DNA of 24,000 nucleotides from Mariniflexile sp. HNIBRBA6329 (GTDB taxonomy: Bacteria > Bacteroidota > Bacteroidia > Flavobacteriales > Flavobacteriaceae): NCBI RefSeq assembly GCF_043558645.1, contig NZ_JBIFXS010000001.1, positions 450,763 through 474,762 of the forward strand, given 5' to 3'. Below the pieces are notes generated by a model. It worked only from the letters and a program-made list of their open reading frames with translations. It made no database searches and had not been told where the DNA came from. The position numbers and the translations under genes are program-made. This document shows positions 11,115 through 18,605 of this stretch, piece by piece. Numbering within the stretch: the first letter of the stretch is position 1; each line of letters begins with the position of its first letter.

Positions 11115-12732
11115 AAAAAGAATTATAATTCCCGTTTTAGCGGGTGTTTTGTTTTTATCTACCACGGCTTTTAGAAACGATTTTTTTGAAATAGCGAAAC
11201 AAATAGAAATATTCACCACGCTTTTTAAAGAACTCAACATGAATTATGTAGATGATACCAATCCGGGCGACCTAATGGATACCGCCATAAAAAGCATGTT
11301 GGAAAACCTAGATCCCTACACCAATTTTATGAACGAACAGGATGTAGAGGCTGCCAGAATTAACAATACGGGCGATTATACGGGTATTGGTGCCAAAGTA
11401 AAGACCCTAAAAGATAAATTGGTAATTGTAGAGCCTTATAAAAACTATCCAGCAGATAAGGCTGGTTTAAAAGCGGGCGACGAAATTATAAAAGTTGGGA
11501 ACACCCTAATTGAAACCTACAAAGAAGATGCAGGCGAATTGCTAAAAGGCGCAACGGACACACCAGTAGAAGTAACCTATAAGCGCCAAGGAAAAACCCA
11601 AACCGCTACCATAAAACGTGCTGAAGTAGAGATAAAAGCAGTTCCGCACTTCTCTATGGTAAATAACAAAACCGGATATATTGTTTTAAGCCGCTTTAAT
11701 GATAAAGCCTCGGCCGAAACCAATTACGCTTTACGTGATTTAAAAGCCCAAGGAGCCGAACGTATTATTTTAGATTTACGTGGCAACCCTGGTGGTTTAC
11801 TTAACGAAGCCATAAATATTGTAAATCTGTTTATTCCAAAAGGGCAGTTGGTGGTTACCACAAAATCTAAGGTAAAAAAATACAATAAAACCTATTACAC
11901 CCAAAACGATGCCATTGATACCCAAATACCTTTGGTTATTTTAATTGATGGTAGTAGTGCATCAGCAAGCGAAATTGTTTCAGGTGCGTTACAAGATTTA
12001 GACCGCGCCGTTATTGTTGGCTCTAGAAGTTTTGGTAAAGGTTTGGTACAGCGCCCTAAAGAACTGGTTTATGGTACTCAGGTAAAAATTACCATTTCGC
12101 GTTATTACACGCCTTCTGGTAGATGTATACAGGCGTTGGATTATTGGCACAGAAATGAAAAAGGGGAGGCTGTAAGGGTAAAACAGGAAAATTATAACGA
12201 GTTTAAAACCAAAAACGGAAGAAAAGTATTTGATGGTGGTGGCGTATTTCCTGATGTGAGTTTTAATGGTACAAAAAATTCTTCCATCATAGACGCCATT
12301 GTTAATAACGATTTAATTTTCAATTACGCTACCAATTACTATTATAGTCACGATGTGAAAGACATTAACACTTTACAGCTTAACGATACCGATTTTTCAA
12401 ATTTTAAAAACTTTTTAAAGACCAATAATTTTTCTTTTGAAACGGAAACCGAAAAAGCCTTGAATAAAGCTTTTGAAGCCGCTAAAAATGATGATTTGGA
12501 TGATAACATCAAAACAGATTTCAATACGCTTATTAGCAACTTAAACAAGTCTAAAACCACTGTTATAGACGAAAATAAAACGTATTTATTAGAGTTGCTA
12601 ACTGAAGATATTGTAAAACGCTACGTATACCGAGAAGGTTTGTACGATTATTACAAAATACACGATAGTGAAATAAAAAAGGCAACCGAAATACTTGGAA
12701 ATCAATCGACATATTTAAGCTACTTAAAATAA
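11098..12732 (+). CDS. S41-family C-terminal processing (tail-specific) peptidase
   Basis: A PDZ-like segment (GIGAKV...PADKAGLKAGDEIIKV) is present, together with the S41 motifs LDLRGNPGG, DGSSASASEIVSGALQD and SFGKGLVQ. There is an N-terminal membrane/signal segment. I prefer the ATG at 11098 over the GTG at 11095. The gene overlaps the rnpA 3' end. Confidence 0.88.
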   Translation: MNKLLKKRIIIPVLAGVLFLSTTAFRNDFFEIAKQIEIFTTLFKELNMNYVDDTNPGDLMDTAIKSMLENLDPYTNFMNEQDVEAARINNTGDYTGIGAKVKTLKDKLVIVEPYKNYPADKAGLKAGDEIIKVGNTLIETYKEDAGELLKGATDTPVEVTYKRQGKTQTATIKRAEVEIKAVPHFSMVNNKTGYIVLSRFNDKASAETNYALRDLKAQGAERIILDLRGNPGGLLNEAINIVNLFIPKGQLVVTTKSKVKKYNKTYYTQNDAIDTQIPLVILIDGSSASASEIVSGALQDLDRAVIVGSRSFGKGLVQRPKELVYGTQVKITISRYYTPSGRCIQALDYWHRNEKGEAVRVKQENYNEFKTKNGRKVFDGGGVFPDVSFNGTKNSSIIDAIVNNDLIFNYATNYYYSHDVKDINTLQLNDTDFSNFKNFLKTNNFSFETETEKALNKAFEAAKNDDLDDNIKTDFNTLISNLNKSKTTVIDENKTYLLELLTEDIVKRYVYREGLYDYYKIHDSEIKKATEILGNQSTYLSYLK

Positions 12733-12843
12733 AAATTGTTGTTTTTCAACCTATTGGAATAACTGTTGAACCTAAAAAGTTCGCAGCATGAATCAAAATT
12801 CATTAAAAATAGTATATTTATATCCAGTTCAACTACCTACTTT

Positions 12844-13710
12844 ATGAATAAACGGTTGGTTTTTTTATTAATATGGCTTCATTGTACACTGGTTTTTTCT
12901 CAAAAAGAACTAACACACGAAGTTTATTTTGATACCGATAAATTCGATATTATTCCAACAGAAGAAAGCCGTTTACTCCTTTTCATTTCAAACTTATCGG
13001 ATATTGATATTGAATCCATTTCTATTTTTGGTTTTTGCGACGATATTGGTGCCGATTCCTATAATTTAAAACTTTCACAAAATCGTGCTAATGCCATTAA
13101 AACCGTTTTTTCAAATAATGAAATTAGCGAAGATTTAATAAGTAACGTAGATGGTAAAGGCAAAATTTTATTAAAAATAGTTGAAGAAAAAAATGTTATT
13201 AAAATAAGAGGTTTAAACCGAAAAGTTGAAATAATAGTAAAACCGAAACCTTCAAAAAAAATAGAAGCGAAAGAAGAAGTAACAAAAGAAAAAGTGGTTG
13301 AAGAACCAAAAAAGAAAACAACACCCGAGCTACTTAGCGGCGATCTTAAAGTTGGCGATAAAATAGTGTTTGAAAACATTTTATTTAAAACTGGTTATAG
13401 CCAAGTAATGCCCGAATCTAAAAAAATATTAGAGGAAATTGCAAAAGTTTTGGTAGAACGAAAGGATATTTATTTTACCATTCAGGGGCATGTATGTTGT
13501 ACCCAAAACACAAGAGATGCAATTGATAGAAAAACAAAACTTCGCAACCTTTCTGAAGCACGCGCAGAATATATTTACGATTACTTTGCTAAAAAAGGGG
13601 TTGATAAAAAACGCATGCGCCATTTAGGGATGCGTCGAAAATTTCCACTTGGAGGCGATCCAAAATTTGATAGACGTGTAGAAATATTAATTACACATGT
13701 AGGTAAATAA
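12844..13710 (+). CDS. OmpA-family protein with two OmpA C-terminal-like domains joined by a Lys/Glu-rich linker
   Basis: I chose the start at ATG 12844 (MNKRLVFLLIWLHCTLVFSQ signal peptide). Domain 1 is VYFDTDKFDI...YNLKLSQNRANAI...NRKVEIIV. Domain 2 is ILFKTGYSQV...IQGHVCC...LSEARAEYIYDYF...DRRVEILI. The track start at 12766 (TTG) is an upstream extension. Confidence 0.8.
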   Translation: MNKRLVFLLIWLHCTLVFSQKELTHEVYFDTDKFDIIPTEESRLLLFISNLSDIDIESISIFGFCDDIGADSYNLKLSQNRANAIKTVFSNNEISEDLISNVDGKGKILLKIVEEKNVIKIRGLNRKVEIIVKPKPSKKIEAKEEVTKEKVVEEPKKKTTPELLSGDLKVGDKIVFENILFKTGYSQVMPESKKILEEIAKVLVERKDIYFTIQGHVCCTQNTRDAIDRKTKLRNLSEARAEYIYDYFAKKGVDKKRMRHLGMRRKFPLGGDPKFDRRVEILITHVGK

Positions 13711-13736
13711 TATTTTTTAATAATAGCTTAATAAAA

Positions 13737-14180
13737 TCACTTTTTAATCATTGCAATATGCGGAATATCATCTTCTAAATATTCATCACCAACTTCAATA
13801 AAACCACAGTTGTTATAAAAAGATTTTAAATGCGCTTGCGCGGAAATTTTTATTTTTTTCTCTTTAAAATGTGTTTCAATCGCCTCAATTGAAACCTTCA
13901 TTATATCATACCCATATTTAAAAGCACGTTCTTTTTTTGCCACTACAACCCTACCTATACTGGCAAATTCAAAATAATCACCTGGCTTAAAAACGCGTGT
14001 ATAAGCAATTATCTTTTCGTTTTTAAAACCTATAATATGAAGCGCTTTTTCATCTTTTCCATCAATATCTTGATATACACAATCTTGCTCAACTACAAAA
14101 ACCTCACTTCTTAGTTGCAAAACTCTGTAAAGTTCTTGAAGGCTTAGTTCTGAAAAGGTTTTTACTTGAGTTTTCAACAT
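13737..14180 (-). CDS. elaA: GNAT-family N-acetyltransferase, ElaA-like
   Basis: The protein closely parallels E. coli ElaA by eye: FSELSLQELYRVLQLRSEVFVVEQDCVYQDIDGKD, AQAHLKSFYNNCGF and DIPHIAM. Confidence 0.8.
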   Translation of the reverse strand: MLKTQVKTFSELSLQELYRVLQLRSEVFVVEQDCVYQDIDGKDEKALHIIGFKNEKIIAYTRVFKPGDYFEFASIGRVVVAKKERAFKYGYDIMKVSIEAIETHFKEKKIKISAQAHLKSFYNNCGFIEVGDEYLEDDIPHIAMIKK

Positions 14181-14238
14181 TGTTTTAATGAATATATTAT
14201 TAAGAATATGTTTCTATCTACAATATAAACAAATTAAC

Positions 14239-14262
14239 AGATTCCTGCTTTCGCAAGAATCT
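14239..14262 (-). repeat. Palindromic hairpin repeat (copy B) at the 3' end of the CDF gene; probable terminator-like element
   Basis: Read on the minus strand, 14260-14241 is ATTCTTGC-GAAA-GCAGGAAT (one C:A mismatch in the stem). This is the same 20-mer as 17428-17447 (+) with one substitution. It abuts the TAA stop (14262-14264). Confidence 0.7.
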
Positions 14263-15179
14263 TAATCTTGAACAATAATTTCTTTAGGATCGTTTTTATT
14301 GAATTCTGGTTGAATGGTTACATGGTTAATGTTGTACTTTTCATGTAAAACAGTTTCAATACTTCGCAATATCGTGTCAAATTCTGAAATAGAAACATCT
14401 TCTTTTAAATCTAAATGGGCTTCTAAATGCAATTCATAATCACTTAAATTCCAAATATGTACATGATGTAACTTTTTGACTTTTGGCAACGCATCAATAG
14501 TTTCAACCAAAGCTTGTATGTTTATGTTTTCTGGCGTGAATAACATAAGCATTTTAGTAGATGTTTTTAGTAAAAAATAACCCACCCAAATTAAATACAA
14601 CGCAATTAAAAAAGTAAGCACACTATCTACCCAAAACATTTGATAGTATTTCATCAACAAGCCACCAATAAGTACCGCAACACTTGCTAACATATCGGTT
14701 AATAAATGTACGTAGGCAGATTTTACATTAATGTTATGTTCAGAATCCTTTTTTAACAACAATACGCTCAAACCATTAAAAATAATAGCTAAAAGTGCTA
14801 ACCAAATAACTAAATTGGATTCTATTTCTTGTGGATTTTTAAAACGCTCTATAGCTTCTTTAATTAAAATTATTGCAACTATTATTAAAGTAGAAGCATT
14901 AACAAAAGCCGCTAAAATTTCAGCACGCTTATAGCCAAAGGTTTTATTTTCAGAAGCTTGCTTTTTGGAAATTTTAGAAGCTACATAACTTACTATTAAA
15001 GAAAGGACATCGCTAAAATTATGTAAGGCATCACTAAGTAATGATAAACTTCCAGAAATTAAACCACCTACTACTTGAGCTGCGGTAATAAATATGTTTA
15101 AAAGAATAGAAACCATAAGATTTTTATTCTTCTTATCATAATGATGTATATGATTATGGAAATGATGGTTATGCGCCAT
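14262..15179 (-). CDS. Cation diffusion facilitator (CzcD/ZitB-like) divalent metal efflux transporter
   Basis: The protein has a His-rich N-terminus (MAHNHHFHNHIHHYDKK), six predicted TM segments, and CDF metal-site motifs HNFSD (TM2) and HLLTD (TM5). Confidence 0.85.
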   Translation of the reverse strand: MAHNHHFHNHIHHYDKKNKNLMVSILLNIFITAAQVVGGLISGSLSLLSDALHNFSDVLSLIVSYVASKISKKQASENKTFGYKRAEILAAFVNASTLIIVAIILIKEAIERFKNPQEIESNLVIWLALLAIIFNGLSVLLLKKDSEHNINVKSAYVHLLTDMLASVAVLIGGLLMKYYQMFWVDSVLTFLIALYLIWVGYFLLKTSTKMLMLFTPENINIQALVETIDALPKVKKLHHVHIWNLSDYELHLEAHLDLKEDVSISEFDTILRSIETVLHEKYNINHVTIQPEFNKNDPKEIIVQD

Positions 15180-15614
15180 TTAGCAAGAAACCGGAATTTT
15201 ATCTATACGCGTTTGATGCCTTCCACCTTCAAAATCTGTACTTAAAAAAACTTCAACCATTTCAATGGCTTGTTGTACTGCAGTAAATCGGGCTGGAATA
15301 CATAAAATATTAGCATTATTATGGCTACGGATAAGGTTTACAATTTCTTTATTCCAAGCTAAACCTGCTCTAATTTTTTGGTGCTTATTTGCAGTCATAG
15401 CGACACCATTGGCACTACCACAAATTAAAATACCAAAGTCTACTTTTTTATTAGCAACTTCTTCAGCAACGGGGTGTACAAAATCAGCATAATCAACACT
15501 ATCCATACTATCAGTGCCATAGTTATTAACAGTATAACCTTTTGATTCTAAGTACTTTAAAATAGCAAATTTATAATCAGTGCCCGCGTGGTCGTTTCCT
15601 ATAGAAATTTTCAT
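15180..15614 (-). CDS. rpiB: Ribose-5-phosphate isomerase B
   Basis: RpiB/LacAB pattern is present: MKISIGNDHAG, GILICGSANGVAMTANK and FEGGRHQTRIDKI. The stop codon directly abuts the CDF start codon (0-nt gap). Confidence 0.9.
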   Translation of the reverse strand: MKISIGNDHAGTDYKFAILKYLESKGYTVNNYGTDSMDSVDYADFVHPVAEEVANKKVDFGILICGSANGVAMTANKHQKIRAGLAWNKEIVNLIRSHNNANILCIPARFTAVQQAIEMVEVFLSTDFEGGRHQTRIDKIPVSC

Positions 15615-15640
15615 TTTATATATATTAATGTATACTTATA

Positions 15641-15648
15641 CAAAGGTA
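15641..15648 (-). promoter_or_regulatory. Candidate -7 promoter box (TAnnTTTG) for the rpiB-CDF unit
   Basis: The minus-strand reading TACCTTTG is an exact match, 26 nt upstream of the rpiB ATG. Motif frequency in AT-rich DNA limits confidence. Confidence 0.35.
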
Positions 15649-16075
15649 GCAATTATAAACAATGTGTATTAGTATATTCATTACTTGTTAATAAGTGTTA
15701 ATACTTTTTTAAAAGAAAAATATTGATATTCCATTTATTTTTCCAATCAAAAACTGAAAGATGATAACCAAAAATTTAACTCACTTTTTTTAGCTAAGTT
15801 TTAAGCTTTCAAAAGGACATATATAAACATCAATTTTAAAATATTTTTCAAAAATTAACAGTGTTTTTTAGTTGTTAACAACTGTTCATATAAAATTTAA
15901 ATGAGTTAAAAATGAACCTTTTAAATTAATATAACATGTTAATTAAGTTTTAATAGAATGTAAATTAATTGTAATCAAAATTAAATTTAAAAAAGTTATA
16001 CCGTTATTAACAAGCAATCATAATCATCATTTAATTTTTTAAATTTTAAAAAGAAAATAATAGTATTATATATAA

Positions 16076-16084
16076 TGTGGATAA
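16076..16084 (-). promoter_or_regulatory. Perfect consensus DnaA box (TTATCCACA on the minus strand)
   Basis: The plus strand reads TGTGGATAA at 16076-16084, inside the long AT-rich rpiB/rnr intergenic region. It is the only perfect box I found in the window. Nearby 9-mers such as TGTTAATAA (15686) and TTATTAACA (16004) differ at 2 positions. Confidence 0.4.
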
Positions 16085-16137
16085 GTACATTTTAACATAT
16101 GATAACATTAAAAAAATACGATTTAATATATTAATTG

Positions 16138-16145
16138 TAGCTTTG
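16138..16145 (+). promoter_or_regulatory. Candidate -7 promoter box (TAnnTTTG) for rnr
   Basis: TAGCTTTG is an exact match, 95 nt upstream of the rnr ATG. There is no well-spaced -33 TTTG. Confidence 0.3.
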
Positions 16146-16239
16146 TATAAAATAAATAGCAAACCTTCTCCTAAAATAACGCTATTTAATAACAGAATTT
16201 CCAGTATCTTAGGAAACGACTATGAATTACAAATATTAA

Positions 16240-18483
16240 ATGACAAGAAAGAAAAAAGGGAAATCCAAAAAAGGTATTTCCAACCTTACAAATACTATTT
16301 TAAGTATTTTAAAAAAAGATAGAAACCAAAGTTTTAACTACAAACAAATTGCTGCTAAATTAGATGTGAACGATGCCAGTAGCAGAAATCAAATTATAAA
16401 AAAATTAGCGGAACTTGCTGTAAAAAAGGAAATTGAAGAAGTAGAACGCGGCAAGTTTAAAGCAGTAATTACTACCGAATACCATATTGGAATTTTAGAT
16501 TTATCTGGAAAAGGAACCGGTTATATTATTAGTGAAGATTTTGATGATGATGTATTTATAGCATCAAACAATATAAATAAGGCCTTAAATGGTGATGAAG
16601 TAGAGTTTTACGTTTATAAACGTCGCCATCGTGGTAAGTTAGAAGGCGAAATTACCCAAGTTTTAAAACGTGAAAAAAGCGAATACGTTGGTACCATTCA
16701 AATTCATGAGAAAAAGAATTTTGCCTTTGTAGTAGCCGATAGCAATAAAATGTACAAAGATATTTTTGTACCTATCAATAAAATAAATAAGTCTGAAGAT
16801 GGTGATAAAGTATTGGTAAAACTTGAAGATTGGCCAGAAAAAGCCGATTCTCCTTATGGAAAAGTGATTCAAGTTCTTGGAAAACCAGGAGATCATAATA
16901 CCGAAATCCATTCTATTTTAGCTGAATATGGATTGCCTCACGAATTTCCTCATGAAGTTGAAGAATTTGCTAATAAAATAGATACTTCAATTACTAAAGA
17001 TGAAATTGCTAAACGTCGTGATATGCGTCAAGATTTAACCTTTACCATCGACCCAAAAGATGCAAAGGATTTTGACGATGCACTTTCTTTTAAAATATTA
17101 AAAAAAGGTTTGTATGAAATTGGTATTCATATTGCCGATGTATCGCATTATCTACAAGAAGGTACTGTGTTGGATGATGAAGCTTACGAGCGTGCTACAT
17201 CCATTTATTTGGTAGATAGGGTAGTACCTATGCTTCCAGAGGTATTATCGAATAACGCTTGTTCTTTACGTCCGCATGAAGAGAAATTAACCTTTTCCGC
17301 AGTGTTTCAAATGAATGATAAATGTGAGATTAAGAATGAATGGTATGGCAGAACGGTAACGTATAGTGATGCGCGTTTTGCTTATGAAGAAGCACAGGCC
17401 ATTATCGAAAATAATGTTGGTCTTGTCATTCCTGCGAAAGCAGGAATCCATAATTTAAACGAAATTAACATTGAAATTCCTCAAGAAGTTTCTCTAACCG
17501 GAAAATCATATAATACCCAACCGGAAATAGCCCAAGCCATTATAAAAATGGATGAGCTAGCAAAAAAAATGCGTGCAAAACGAATGATTTCTGGCGCTAT
17601 TTCGTTTGATAAAGTTGAAGTAAAGTTCGATTTAGACGAAAATGCAAACCCTGTAGGCGTGTTTTTTAAAACTAGTAAAGATGCCAATAAACTTATTGAA
17701 GAATTTATGTTATTGGCAAACCGAAAAGTATCGGAATTTGTTGGTAAAAAAGACCCTAAAAAGACCTTTGTTTACAGAATTCACGATGAACCAGACGATA
17801 GTAAACTTGCTAATTTACAAGGGATTGTTGCAAAATTTGGTTATAAATTAAATTTTAAAGACCGTAAAACAACATCGGCTTCGCTTAATTTTTTACTAAA
17901 GGAAGTAAATGGTAAAAAGGAACAAAATTTAGTAGATACTTTAGCAATTCGAAGTATGAGTAAAGCGGAATATTCTACCCATAACATAGGTCATTATGGA
18001 TTAGCGTTCGATTATTACAGTCATTTTACATCGCCTATTCGTCGTTATCCCGATGTGATGGCACATCGCTTGTTGCAGCATTATATAGATGGTGGAAAAT
18101 CAGCTAATGAAGATATTTACGAAGAAAAGTGCAACCATTCCAGTAACATGGAAAATTTGGCCACCAAAGCAGAACGTGATTCTATAAAATATATGCAGAT
18201 TAAATTCATGCAAGATCATAAAGATGAAGATTTTGTAGGTGTTATTTCAGGGGTTACCGATTGGGGCATTTATGTTGAAATTATTTCGAATAAGTGTGAA
18301 GGTATGGTTAGCGTTCGCGATATGAAAGACGATCATTACGCATTCGATCAAGAACAGTATGCTATGGTAGGTAGAAATAATAAAATTATGTACCAATTGG
18401 GAGATGAGGTTATTGTAAAAGTTAAAAACACCGATTTAGTTAAAAAGCATCTGGATTTCAACTTAATAGGAAAAAACGAATAA
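16240..18483 (+). CDS. rnr: Ribonuclease R (3'-5' exoribonuclease, RNB family)
   Basis: The protein has a Lys-rich N-terminus, cold-shock-like domains, RNB catalytic motifs (TIDPKDAKDFDDALS, HYGLAFDYYSHFTSPIRRYPD) and a C-terminal S1 domain (FVGVISGVTDWGIYVEI). Confidence 0.93.
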   Translation: MTRKKKGKSKKGISNLTNTILSILKKDRNQSFNYKQIAAKLDVNDASSRNQIIKKLAELAVKKEIEEVERGKFKAVITTEYHIGILDLSGKGTGYIISEDFDDDVFIASNNINKALNGDEVEFYVYKRRHRGKLEGEITQVLKREKSEYVGTIQIHEKKNFAFVVADSNKMYKDIFVPINKINKSEDGDKVLVKLEDWPEKADSPYGKVIQVLGKPGDHNTEIHSILAEYGLPHEFPHEVEEFANKIDTSITKDEIAKRRDMRQDLTFTIDPKDAKDFDDALSFKILKKGLYEIGIHIADVSHYLQEGTVLDDEAYERATSIYLVDRVVPMLPEVLSNNACSLRPHEEKLTFSAVFQMNDKCEIKNEWYGRTVTYSDARFAYEEAQAIIENNVGLVIPAKAGIHNLNEINIEIPQEVSLTGKSYNTQPEIAQAIIKMDELAKKMRAKRMISGAISFDKVEVKFDLDENANPVGVFFKTSKDANKLIEEFMLLANRKVSEFVGKKDPKKTFVYRIHDEPDDSKLANLQGIVAKFGYKLNFKDRKTTSASLNFLLKEVNGKKEQNLVDTLAIRSMSKAEYSTHNIGHYGLAFDYYSHFTSPIRRYPDVMAHRLLQHYIDGGKSANEDIYEEKCNHSSNMENLATKAERDSIKYMQIKFMQDHKDEDFVGVISGVTDWGIYVEIISNKCEGMVSVRDMKDDHYAFDQEQYAMVGRNNKIMYQLGDEVIVKVKNTDLVKKHLDFNLIGKNE
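17428..17447 (+). repeat. Palindromic hairpin repeat (copy A) embedded in-frame in rnr
   Basis: ATTCCTGC-GAAA-GCAGGAAT is a perfect 8-bp stem with a GAAA loop, translated as VIPAKAGIH. A near-identical copy lies at 14241-14260 on the opposite strand. Confidence 0.75.
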
Positions 18484-18486
18484 TTT

Positions 18487-18517
18487 AACCTGCAAGGTTT
18501 CTAAAACCTTGTAGGTT
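18487..18517 (+). repeat. 13-bp-stem palindrome immediately downstream of rnr (terminator-like, but without a T-tract)
   Basis: AACCTGCAAGGTT (18487-18499) pairs with AACCTTGTAGGTT (18505-18517), giving 12 Watson-Crick pairs plus one G:T. It starts 4 nt after the rnr stop. No U-run follows on either strand. Confidence 0.6.
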
Positions 18518-18605
18518 TAAATAGAAAAATGTTTACTAATTAAAAGTTAACAACGGAATAATTATTGATTATTTCCGTTCATATAAAAAATCATTTAAAA
18601 ATAAT

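Noticed and set aside
12766-12843. TTG-initiated 5' extension of the OmpA-family ORF
   Set aside because: The ATG at 12844 is followed immediately by a typical signal peptide (MNKRLVFLLIWLHCTLVFSQ). The extension would bury that signal peptide internally.
15615-16239. Calling the AT-rich gap the chromosomal replication origin (oriC)
   Set aside because: Only one perfect DnaA box is present, the other candidates have at least 2 mismatches, and no dnaA/dnaN is nearby. One perfect 9-mer in 24 kb is not far from chance expectation. It is kept as a low-probability alternative in the findings, not as a feature call.
16077-16322. 81-aa ORF in the AT-rich region overlapping the rnr start
   Set aside because: It is a low-complexity Lys/Ile/Asn-rich translation of AT-rich DNA. 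It overlaps the well-supported rnr N-terminus in another frame, and I see no motif or signal sequence.
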